Positions 1 through 8,826 of a stretch of DNA of 64,000 nt are shown here, one piece after another (the first letter of the stretch is position 1; each line of letters begins with the position of its first letter). Made by a program: the position numbers and the translations under genes. The stretch lies in IMG/VR virus record IMGVR_UViG_3300042863_002246. One strand, given 5' to 3'. Under the pieces are notes generated by a model. That model saw only the letters and a list, made by a program, of their open reading frames with translations. It made no database searches and was not told the origin of the DNA. This stretch comes from an uncultured virus (IMG/VR IMGVR_UViG_3300042863_002246). Lineage: Duplodnaviria > Heunggongvirae > Uroviricota > Caudoviricetes.

Positions 1-56
1 ATCTTCAAGGGACTACAAGATAAATCAGATATTAGAAGGAACAGAATTTATAAAAG

Positions 57-90
57 AAAAAAGAGTCAAGATAACTTGACTCTTTTTTTT
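57..90. terminator. Rho-independent terminator, likely bidirectional
   Basis: AAAAAAGAGTCAAG-ATAA-CTTGACTCTTTTTT hairpin flanked by A- and T-tracts, at the 3' end of the minus-strand DHH gene. Confidence 0.8.
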
Positions 91-1709
91 TATTTTTTAT
101 TTATAAGATTTTTAAACTTTTCAAATTTGGCAATAATCTTTTTGTTATCGTGATCAATCTGAATGTTGTTAGGTTCCATTGCTTTTCCGGCACCTGCCTC
201 AACAAACTCATCTCTTGTAACATCTTTAGTATTACCTTCTTTGTCAGTTATCTGATAGTCAAAGTTTTCGTTTGCCATTGGTTTTCCAAACTTATCTAAT
301 TTAGTAACATTTTCTGCACCGATTACTTTATTGTCCATCTCAGGTTCTCTACCTTTTGATTCTGATGGATCTCCCCATTTTTGATTTAAAGTAAACTTAA
401 CTCCGGAAAGGTCATTGAATATTTTGTTTTTAAATAAGTCGATGAATCTAAGTCCTTGATAAGGAGCAACATCACATGTTCCAAAGATGTTTGAGATAGA
501 ACCGATACCACCGTGTCCACCAGAAACCGTAATCTCATCTTGACCGATTGTAGTGTCAGGGTCATGATATCCTAAATGTTGTTTGAAGTTTGTAAGTAAG
601 CTTGTCATATAAACTCCTAAATCATCGATTGATTTACCATCTTTGTATAAAGGAAGATTTTCTGTTTGACCCATTTTTTTGTAAGCACATACTTGAAGAG
701 TACCACCATATTGAAGTAATATGAATTTAGGTTCTGAATCAATCTTACCATCTTTGAAGTCTCTTTCAACGATTGTTCTTGCTCTTAAAGCATTTGCCCA
801 AGTTCCTGTTGGTACGAATACTAAATCTCCAAGTTTTAAATACCCGTCTAATCTAAGTGCCCCACCTTTCCAGAACATACTGATAAGTTCTTGTTGAGAA
901 TTAAGTGTTTGTTTTGCACCAGTACCTCTTGTTCTTTTTTGCATCGTAGAAAGTCTCCATTCTGAATCTTTCATAAACTCTTTCTTACCATATTTAGTAG
1001 CGTTGTGCTCAGGGTAAAGTGCTTTCATTGTGTTAAAGATTGCATAGATAGAAGCATCTTTACAATTTGCAATAACTGCGATTAAAGTTTTTACATCCGA
1101 TCTTTTTAAGAACTGATTAAAAGCTGCTCCAAATTCAAGTCTTTTCTTATCTGATTGTTTAATCTCTGCTAGATTAAAATCTAACAATCTTTGCCAATCA
1201 ACACCATAGTCTTGGTATTTTGCAGCATCAATCATATCTATAACTGAAACAATTAACTCATCTTGTGGAAGTCCTAATACAATACAAAGTGCTTCATATG
1301 CAGATGATGTTGCCAATTTTTTAACTGGTGAATCTTTATATTTGTCTAAATCAGCAGCACTGAAAAGTCCGTGGTGGTCTAAGTAGTAATCTACTAACTC
1401 ATCTCTTTCATCACCAGGCATGTTTGCGAAGTCAAGAACAATATTTATAAGTTTTGGATCAAGCGTAGTATATTTCCATCCTTCTGAATAATTTACAACA
1501 CCGTACTTTACGATTTCGAATCCGTGGTCTAACAACCATTTCTTCATCTCGATTGCACAGAAGATACCATCCATGTCATCGTGTGTATATAAAGCGACTT
1601 TCTTACCAATCTTTCCTTTTCCGATCCAATACTGCTCATCTGTAGAAGGAGTTCTAAGAGCTGCTTCCTCGTTGATATTGACCCAGTTGTTAAACTTTTT
1701 AATTCTCAT
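90..1709 (-). CDS. DHH/DHHA1-family phosphoesterase with N-terminal capsid-targeting-like tag
   Basis: Motifs THDDMDG, LDF, LDHH and a C-terminal GGHGG; N-terminus MRIKKFNNWVNINEE. Confidence 0.8.
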   Translation of the reverse strand: MRIKKFNNWVNINEEAALRTPSTDEQYWIGKGKIGKKVALYTHDDMDGIFCAIEMKKWLLDHGFEIVKYGVVNYSEGWKYTTLDPKLINIVLDFANMPGDERDELVDYYLDHHGLFSAADLDKYKDSPVKKLATSSAYEALCIVLGLPQDELIVSVIDMIDAAKYQDYGVDWQRLLDFNLAEIKQSDKKRLEFGAAFNQFLKRSDVKTLIAVIANCKDASIYAIFNTMKALYPEHNATKYGKKEFMKDSEWRLSTMQKRTRGTGAKQTLNSQQELISMFWKGGALRLDGYLKLGDLVFVPTGTWANALRARTIVERDFKDGKIDSEPKFILLQYGGTLQVCAYKKMGQTENLPLYKDGKSIDDLGVYMTSLLTNFKQHLGYHDPDTTIGQDEITVSGGHGGIGSISNIFGTCDVAPYQGLRFIDLFKNKIFNDLSGVKFTLNQKWGDPSESKGREPEMDNKVIGAENVTKLDKFGKPMANENFDYQITDKEGNTKDVTRDEFVEAGAGKAMEPNNIQIDHDNKKIIAKFEKFKNLINKK

Positions 1710-1729
1710 TGTATTGAGTTATTTTTTAG

Positions 1730-1738
1730 TATATATTA
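1730..1738 (-). promoter_or_regulatory. Putative late promoter box TAATATATA
   Basis: Exact 9-mer about 20 nt upstream of the DHH start; recurs about 20 times before gene starts. Confidence 0.6.
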
Positions 1739-2680
1739 AATTTTTTTGATGATTATTCGTATATAATCATTACTAAAATCTTTATATGTTTGTTCAATTT
1801 TCCAATCATAGTCTTCTAATCGATTATTCGCCACTTCAATCACTTCTTTGAACCTTTCGTCCTCTGTCATTTTAGTCAGTAATGATTGTATCATGTTTCT
1901 GTCTGCTTGTGTTCTTCCATATTCTGGAACGGATATAGCATCTGACTTAACTCTTACCTCTATAAAAGGAAAGTGTTGGAATGTCATCTTAGGTGCAGAC
2001 ATTGGAGTGTCGAACATCAGGTTTCCATTTTGTCCAAGCATACTTTTAAACTCTACGAATACTCTTAATCTTTCAGGAAATATGTCAAGGTCTTGTAAAT
2101 CATAGAACATCTCTTTAACATCTTCTGGATATAGTCCATAATGTTTCATTGCGGTCTCATCATCTACTGATTCGTTTATATCTTCATCTTCGTCATCAAA
2201 ATATACGTAGTCGTCAGGCTGTCTTTCTATTATGATAGATACGCAGTTTACCTGGGCGATACCGTAATCTCCGTCTCTCTTTATCTTTCCTGTAGTATAT
2301 GGTCTGTCTTTAACTACATGAACGTCATATACTTCTTCGAGATGTTCTTTCAGCTGGTTGAAGTATTCGTCTGGTATTTCTTTTTGATTGAAAGTATGCG
2401 AATTCTCATGCCTGTGTATTTCGGCATCTATATCGAAGTATACCTGTATTTTGTATATTCCTACTCCATCGAAAGACTCGTCTACTTTAGTCGATATGTC
2501 ATCGCTTGTACCTATCATATAACGGTTTGGTGAATCTGATGCCATCTTTTCCGTTACGAAGTATTTAGCCTTTACTCCTTCGTCTGACAATATGTAGTCG
2601 AGTGCGGCGATGTCTTCTAACAAATCTTTTATTTTAGGTTTGTCGGTATTGAAGTCTTCATATAGTTTTAAGTATTTCAT
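1736..2680 (-). CDS. Hypothetical protein with capsid-targeting-like N-terminus
   Basis: 314-aa ORF starting MKYLKLYEDFN; internal DINES. Confidence 0.75.
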   Translation of the reverse strand: MKYLKLYEDFNTDKPKIKDLLEDIAALDYILSDEGVKAKYFVTEKMASDSPNRYMIGTSDDISTKVDESFDGVGIYKIQVYFDIDAEIHRHENSHTFNQKEIPDEYFNQLKEHLEEVYDVHVVKDRPYTTGKIKRDGDYGIAQVNCVSIIIERQPDDYVYFDDEDEDINESVDDETAMKHYGLYPEDVKEMFYDLQDLDIFPERLRVFVEFKSMLGQNGNLMFDTPMSAPKMTFQHFPFIEVRVKSDAISVPEYGRTQADRNMIQSLLTKMTEDERFKEVIEVANNRLEDYDWKIEQTYKDFSNDYIRIIIKKI

Positions 2681-4071
2681 TTCTTTCCACCAGTTTTTCC
2701 GAATCCTGAGATGATTCCTTTATCTTTACCTTTTTGTGGGTCTTCATTGAACTTAGTATCAAAGAAGTTTGCGTTGTCGTTTACTACTTTAACTTCAGAA
2801 TCCATAGTTGCGTACGGTCCAAGCTCACCTGATCTAAATACACCACCAAACATATCTCCATTAAGATAGCCTTCCATGAAATAACAATTTGTAAGTCCTG
2901 AGTTATCTACTCTACAATTAAGAACTTTTGTGTTATTTGCATCACAATGTGTTAGAGTTGATTTACTTACTTGAGAGTTTGTCATCTCAGTTCCTAAGAA
3001 ATTACATGATTCAAATATTCCTTCAATCGTGCAGTTTATGAACTCATAATTTTTTAGAGTAGTTGTTGACTTAACAATAGTATCAACTATTTCCATAGTC
3101 TGTGTTGATGTTACATAGTTGATTATACACTCTTTAAGATCGTTTGTACCATCTATTAGATTGTATAACTTAGTGTATATCTTTCCATAGTATGCATTTA
3201 TTGTATCATAATCACTTACCTGGTCTATCTGTATCTGTATTGTTGGAAAATCTACTAAGAAGTTATCATACTTTGAAAAGTTTTTGAACAACTTGATATT
3301 ATCTTCAAGATATTCTTCAAGTTTTGTTACATCTTCTGAGTTAAAGTTTGTATCTGTTGAATCAAATACATCGATTATGAATCTATCCATAAAGTATGTC
3401 AACTGACCTATGTTCTTTTCATAATCTTTTCCACCAATATATCTAAACTCAAGTCTTTGATGTTCTTTATCATTGTTTATATTTACAAAGTTTATACCAT
3501 AGTATTTGTCGTTTGGTACTCTTAGGTTGTTCTTAACGGTGTCGATGGGAATATTGAAGAAGTCATACTCTTTGTATGGTATTATCTTTTTAATAGTCTT
3601 TGCATATACGTTGTCTTTTCTCGAAGGAAACACTCTGTATATCTCATCTTCGTCTGTGTTTAGTATAAGTTTGAGTATATTTAAGTCATTTAAGTCTTTA
3701 TCTTCACTATTAAACGAAAGGTTAAAGTGTATAGAACATTTATCGTTGGTATATCCATATGTCTGTATAAACTTTATTATCTTTACTAAATAGTATTTTG
3801 CATCATAATAATCTAATGGGCCAGTTACAAGCTCAACCATGTTTGAACCACCCGAAAGATCCGGTTCTATTTTGAAGTTGTTTTCGTCTGGCGTGAAGTC
3901 AGAGTGGTATTGTCTGAATCCCCATACCTTTACAGGTGCCAAATCTACATTTAGCATCTCTAATGTTTTGTAGAAGGATAGATCCTTCATATAGAACTCG
4001 AACTCGAAACCTATTCTGGCATGTTTCAACTTGCTTGATTGGTTTATGAATTTATCCGAATATTTTTTCAT
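2677..4071 (-). CDS. Putative amidoligase (COOH-NH2 ligase family) with C-terminal beta-helix-like tail
   Basis: IGFEFEF, EPDLS, ELVTGPL, CSIHFNLS, KYYGINF, LEFRY motifs; repetitive NC/xS pattern at the C-terminus. Confidence 0.75.
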   Translation of the reverse strand: MKKYSDKFINQSSKLKHARIGFEFEFYMKDLSFYKTLEMLNVDLAPVKVWGFRQYHSDFTPDENNFKIEPDLSGGSNMVELVTGPLDYYDAKYYLVKIIKFIQTYGYTNDKCSIHFNLSFNSEDKDLNDLNILKLILNTDEDEIYRVFPSRKDNVYAKTIKKIIPYKEYDFFNIPIDTVKNNLRVPNDKYYGINFVNINNDKEHQRLEFRYIGGKDYEKNIGQLTYFMDRFIIDVFDSTDTNFNSEDVTKLEEYLEDNIKLFKNFSKYDNFLVDFPTIQIQIDQVSDYDTINAYYGKIYTKLYNLIDGTNDLKECIINYVTSTQTMEIVDTIVKSTTTLKNYEFINCTIEGIFESCNFLGTEMTNSQVSKSTLTHCDANNTKVLNCRVDNSGLTNCYFMEGYLNGDMFGGVFRSGELGPYATMDSEVKVVNDNANFFDTKFNEDPQKGKDKGIISGFGKTGGKK

Positions 4072-4205
4072 AGAATATATATTAAAATATTATTTCCATT
4101 ATTTAATTTAGGAGAGGAAATCTCTTTTATATATACTTTCAATAAAATAGGCGACAACTTTTAACCTTGTTAAAGAACTTCGAACTAAAAAAGTAAATAT
4201 AAAAT

Positions 4206-4595
4206 ATGAATTTTTTCTGTGTTTATGTCAAGACTCGTAAGAAGATGGATAAGTACATAAAGGTTAATAAGGTTAAGAACAAGTATATAATCGACATAAA
4301 GAAGATAATAGAAGAAGAAGAGTTATCTCATTCCGAAGACAAAACCTATTTGAAGATAATAATATTCAATAAGATACAACAAGCTATCGATAAGAAAAAG
4401 GATATTTATTACATACCTGACTTTGACAACGAGTTTTCAATAGAAAAACTCTTGAATCTTAAAAAGATACTTGGAGACAACGACTTCAACGTATTAGTAT
4501 TCTACAACGAGTTTAGAAAAAACCCTGAAATTATAGATGATGTTTTCAGTAATTTATCTAAATTTTCCAATTCGCAAATTATCAGAGATTATTAG
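4206..4595 (+). CDS. Hypothetical protein
   Basis: 129-aa ORF filling the gap between divergent genes. Confidence 0.6.
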   Translation: MNFFCVYVKTRKKMDKYIKVNKVKNKYIIDIKKIIEEEELSHSEDKTYLKIIIFNKIQQAIDKKKDIYYIPDFDNEFSIEKLLNLKKILGDNDFNVLVFYNEFRKNPEIIDDVFSNLSKFSNSQIIRDY

Positions 4596-4615
4596 GAGGA
4601 GAGATTGCATGTATT

Positions 4616-4624
4616 TAATATATA
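4616..4624 (+). promoter_or_regulatory. Putative late promoter box TAATATATA
   Basis: Exact motif 20 nt upstream of the 4645 start. Confidence 0.6.
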
Positions 4625-4644
4625 TGTAAAAATCAATATAATCA

Positions 4645-6642
4645 ATGGCAATATTAGGTGGATCACCCCTCGGACTCATAGGACTTAAAAGTGTACCTAC
4701 CAATGGTATGTCTGGATTCAACGCGGGTGCCTCAAGAAACGTAATTGTTGCGGACTATAACCGTTCCAAATCACTTTCTTTATTTACTGGTAAAAGAAGA
4801 TTGAGAGCTTGGCCGAATTTGGCGGGTAAAACTGCTAAAGATCCCGGTGGTGCAGGTATAGATCCATCTGAGACTCAAGATACTACGGGTTTAGCAGATG
4901 TTTATGTTAATAAACAAGGTAAGCTTGTAGATGGTTATACTCCTTCAATAGAATCAAACTCAAGAGGTAGTAACCTTTTACACAACAATGATGTATATGA
5001 TACCAGTGTTCTAAATATTTTAGAAAAGTTGGCAAAAACAAAGGCGGCTCTAAGACCTACCGATTTTGCTTATTTAAAATATTTAGGAGTATATCCTAAT
5101 AATAGACTAATGATTGCGAGAAGATTTGTCGCACCATCTGGAGATAATATAATGGTTAACAGAACTACTAAAGAAGTTCCTTCTATTGCAACGTTGGTTA
5201 GTTGGATTCCAGAAGGAACAGACTTTTTGGAAATCAGCTTTGGTGAGGTATGGACAGAGGCAAAAGCCGATTTTACCGGAATGTTGAACAGCTTAGGTGA
5301 AGATTTCTCTAAGTCCGGTATGGGTAAAATAGCAGGTGCTGCTGGTAACGTACTACCACTTCCGGGATTCACTGAGATATTTCAAAGAGCTTTCTTAGCT
5401 AAGATTGGTTTGTTAGAAGAAGATGCTGCAAACCAGATACCTGCCGGAAACCCAAACTTAATTAAAGAAGCTAAGGTTAGAAAAACTGTTGGTTATAGTG
5501 AACCTGGATCAGGATTGATGGCTAAGATAACTATAAAGATGACTTGTGAATATGAACTTAAATTCATTGCAGGAATAGATCCTACTATAGTTTGGATGGA
5601 TATAATAGGTATGATAGTAAGATTTGGAACTTCTGAATCTTCAAACTATGGTTTAAGTCAAGGAGTTGCTGCAAAGTTAGCTAGATGGGCTGCCAACCCT
5701 TATACGTTGATATCTGATGTTGTTTCGGGTATAAAAAATGCAATAACGTCTGCTCGATCAAAACTTGAAGAAGCGGTGACTGCAGTTTATAACGCAGCGA
5801 CTGACGCTGCTAAGAATCTTAGTGATGGAAGTACTTCTGGTGATGAGAAAGAAATTTCAGAAAAGGCTGCCGCAGAAACTGCAGCGACGGAGGCAAAGGA
5901 TGCTGGTTTTAATCTTATAGCCAAGCTTGTTGATATCGGAGAATCTGTTATTAAAGCAGCGGTTATGAAATATAGAGTAGAGGTAATGGGTATTGTTAAC
6001 GCACTTACCGGAAACCCTTCTACTCCTTGGCATATAACGATTGGAAATCCAATGAGACCGGTTTTTTGTTCTGGTGACATGCTAACGACAAGCGTAGTTT
6101 TGAAGCTTGGACCAAATTTGGCGTTCAACGACCTTCCTTCTAGTATAATAGCAGATTTTGAGTTGACTAACGCTAGAAATCTTGGTATGCAAGAAATTAT
6201 GGCAAAGTTTAACTCTGGTTATTTGAGAACAGTCGATGTTCAAAAAACTTTCTTTGAAACAACCGTCAAATTTGGAGCAGATGGAAAAGTTGCTTCACAG
6301 GAACCAGTTGGTGTTATGCCTGGAGAAGCAGAGTTCAAAAGTGATCTTGGTACAAGTGGTACATCTGGAGCAGGAACATCTGGTACAAATGGAAACCAAG
6401 GTGGTGGAAACACTAACAATGGTGATACAAGTGGTAAAAGCGGTGATACTAGTGGTACTCAGGGCACTCAGGGTACTCAAGGTAATATAGGTAAAACTGA
6501 GACTTCAACTAATGTCAAAGAAGTTCCTGGTTCGGGTACACAAAAAACTTTGACTAAAGAAGAACAAGCTAAGTTAGATAAAGCAACGGCGGATGCAAAG
6601 GCAACAGCCGAAAAAAGCAAAATGACGGGTAAGAAAAAATAA
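4645..6642 (+). CDS. Putative baseplate/tail structural protein
   Basis: 665 aa, directly upstream of the gp53/LysM-like gene, late box, GTS/GTQ-rich C-terminal linker. Confidence 0.5.
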   Translation: MAILGGSPLGLIGLKSVPTNGMSGFNAGASRNVIVADYNRSKSLSLFTGKRRLRAWPNLAGKTAKDPGGAGIDPSETQDTTGLADVYVNKQGKLVDGYTPSIESNSRGSNLLHNNDVYDTSVLNILEKLAKTKAALRPTDFAYLKYLGVYPNNRLMIARRFVAPSGDNIMVNRTTKEVPSIATLVSWIPEGTDFLEISFGEVWTEAKADFTGMLNSLGEDFSKSGMGKIAGAAGNVLPLPGFTEIFQRAFLAKIGLLEEDAANQIPAGNPNLIKEAKVRKTVGYSEPGSGLMAKITIKMTCEYELKFIAGIDPTIVWMDIIGMIVRFGTSESSNYGLSQGVAAKLARWAANPYTLISDVVSGIKNAITSARSKLEEAVTAVYNAATDAAKNLSDGSTSGDEKEISEKAAAETAATEAKDAGFNLIAKLVDIGESVIKAAVMKYRVEVMGIVNALTGNPSTPWHITIGNPMRPVFCSGDMLTTSVVLKLGPNLAFNDLPSSIIADFELTNARNLGMQEIMAKFNSGYLRTVDVQKTFFETTVKFGADGKVASQEPVGVMPGEAEFKSDLGTSGTSGAGTSGTNGNQGGGNTNNGDTSGKSGDTSGTQGTQGTQGNIGKTETSTNVKEVPGSGTQKTLTKEEQAKLDKATADAKATAEKSKMTGKKK

Positions 6643-6653
6643 TTTTATAGAAA

Positions 6654-7133
6654 ATGGGAATGAGTATTAAATCACTTGTTGAAGCTAGATGGATAAATAG
6701 AAAATGGGATTTGAATATTCCTTCTTTTAAAGTGGATGCCGCTCAGTTAGACATATATGTTGTTCAAAGAGGTGAGGATATGAGATTAGATTTGGTTATG
6801 AAGTCTATGTATGATGACATATATACTTTCGCACAAGCCGATATTATATTACATATAAACCATATTGATAATCCTCTCAACATAAGAGAAGGTATGGTAC
6901 TATACTATCCACCATCAGAATCACTCGATGATTTTAGATACTATGAAAGTGGAAATGTTGCATCAAATAAATCTATCAAACAAAGATTAGGAGTTTTAAA
7001 TAAAACAACGAGAACAGATGAGAAAAGGAAAAAATTCCTTGATGCAAACTATTCTTTACCTCCTGTAGTTCTTCAAGAGAACAGGGCCGGTGTTACTGTT
7101 GGTGTTAGTACTATAAAAGTCGGTGGACTTTAA
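6654..7133 (+). CDS. Baseplate wedge protein, T4 gp53/LysM-like
   Basis: YVVQRGEDMRLDLV..MY..ILHINHIDNPLNIREGMVLYYP pattern typical of LysM-like gp53. Confidence 0.7.
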   Translation: MGMSIKSLVEARWINRKWDLNIPSFKVDAAQLDIYVVQRGEDMRLDLVMKSMYDDIYTFAQADIILHINHIDNPLNIREGMVLYYPPSESLDDFRYYESGNVASNKSIKQRLGVLNKTTRTDEKRKKFLDANYSLPPVVLQENRAGVTVGVSTIKVGGL

Positions 7134-7152
7134 TAAAATAAAGAATTAAAAA

Positions 7153-8814
7153 GTGGCATATAAAGAAATACCTAAACCAAATTGTACAGTTTATGTACCT
7201 ACTTTTGCTGATCAATATACTACTGATGTTAGTGTATTAGTTCTTTTCCCGGGAATACCGGTTGGTGGTAAAACTGGTAAGACTTATTTTCCACCTATGA
7301 TAAAGGCTGGTGCTCCTACATGGTTTGATAAATATGTAATTGTTATTCCAAATGAGCATACCACAAAATGGGATTCTGTTAAAAAAGAATATGGTGAGGC
7401 AATGGCTAGTGTTCCACAAGGAACGGGTAAAGATCCAAAGTACGTATTGGTTGAAAAAACCGTAAGTATTGGAGTTTTTTCGGGTAGTGGAAATGGAACC
7501 GCTAATATTCAATCAAAGCTTGTCTCTATAAAGCCAACACATTTGATAATAATGGACCCTTCTGCTTCTGGTCCACTCACTCAAAACGTTAAGACATTAG
7601 TTAATAAAGGAACATCTTGTTATCTTATGTATAATCCTACTAACTGGGATAGTTTTCCCGCACTTAAAAATGGATTTCCTTCTTTAGTTGCGGCTGTTGA
7701 TACTGGTGTGAATAAATCTCAAAAAGTCAAGTTGGGACATACTTCAATTCCACCACAAACTCTTAAAACATTTGCACCGGATATTGAAAAAAAGTTGATT
7801 ACACCCACACAGAAACCTGAAGAACAACCACCAGTTGTAGAGGAAAAAAAAACTGATGAGCAGGTAGCCGCAGAGGCCAACCAAGATGCCGCGGGTAAAA
7901 CACAATCTACTTCACCAAAATGGAATATAACCATAGATGGTTTAGGAGATTCTGCGGTTGGTGCTGCCCCGGTTGCATATGAAATTAGTGCTAAAAAAGA
8001 TCTTCCTGGCTTCACTATATACGTTGGAAATCCAGCAACTGATTGGGCTAGATTTGGAGAGACGGTTCCTCCTGATGGTGATAACTTTGAAGATGTTGGT
8101 GATGATGAAGAGTATACTGAAGGTGGATTCGCGGGAGCCGAAGAGATGGGTATAGAATTTGAGGAGATGGAGGCCGCACCTAGTGCGGAAAGAGCGGCAG
8201 AGGCTGCATCTGTAGTAGAACAACTTGAGAATTCTGAACCTATTAATGTCGGTAATCATAAATTAGATTTGATACCAGGTACATTCGTAACAAACGGTGG
8301 TACTAAAATACAATGTTGTCAGATTAATGGCTCTGCCGTGAATGTTAAGATTGCGGGTGCGTATTTAGATATGGTTGCGGCTGCCAAAAAAGATGGTGTT
8401 ACAATATCTATAGGATCTGGATTTAGATCACCTTATGATAGTATTAATACAAAATCTTCTTCTGGTGTAAAAGTAAGTGCTAGTTCACAACAGTCCTTAT
8501 ATGATTCCTATTTAGCAGGAAAAGGTAATGTGGCTGCAAAACCTGGTAACTCGAATCATGGAAATGGTATTGGATTAGATACAAACGCCGGTGGTAAATC
8601 AAAAGGAAGATTTATAAACGTAAATCAGAAAGTTTATACCTGGTTGGTCAAAAACTCATGGAAGTATGGATTCGTTAGAGCGGTTAAGAACGAAGAATGG
8701 CATTTCGACTACCTACCAGACCTTGCTAAAAAAGGACCTTATGGTAAAATCGCAGGAACTGATGCCAATAAATTTTACTCAGATTGGGGACTTGATAAAT
8801 TATCAATCACATAA
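7153..8814 (+). CDS. Fusion: N-terminal alpha/beta-hydrolase-like domain plus C-terminal M15B (VanY-like) peptidase
   Basis: C-terminal SGFRS, PGNSNHGNG.GLD, EEWHFDY zinc-peptidase motifs; N-terminal LFPG, GVFSGSG, MDPS, H pattern; GTG start. Confidence 0.75.
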   Translation: MAYKEIPKPNCTVYVPTFADQYTTDVSVLVLFPGIPVGGKTGKTYFPPMIKAGAPTWFDKYVIVIPNEHTTKWDSVKKEYGEAMASVPQGTGKDPKYVLVEKTVSIGVFSGSGNGTANIQSKLVSIKPTHLIIMDPSASGPLTQNVKTLVNKGTSCYLMYNPTNWDSFPALKNGFPSLVAAVDTGVNKSQKVKLGHTSIPPQTLKTFAPDIEKKLITPTQKPEEQPPVVEEKKTDEQVAAEANQDAAGKTQSTSPKWNITIDGLGDSAVGAAPVAYEISAKKDLPGFTIYVGNPATDWARFGETVPPDGDNFEDVGDDEEYTEGGFAGAEEMGIEFEEMEAAPSAERAAEAASVVEQLENSEPINVGNHKLDLIPGTFVTNGGTKIQCCQINGSAVNVKIAGAYLDMVAAAKKDGVTISIGSGFRSPYDSINTKSSSGVKVSASSQQSLYDSYLAGKGNVAAKPGNSNHGNGIGLDTNAGGKSKGRFINVNQKVYTWLVKNSWKYGFVRAVKNEEWHFDYLPDLAKKGPYGKIAGTDANKFYSDWGLDKLSIT

Positions 8815-8826
8815 AAAAATCCTGTT

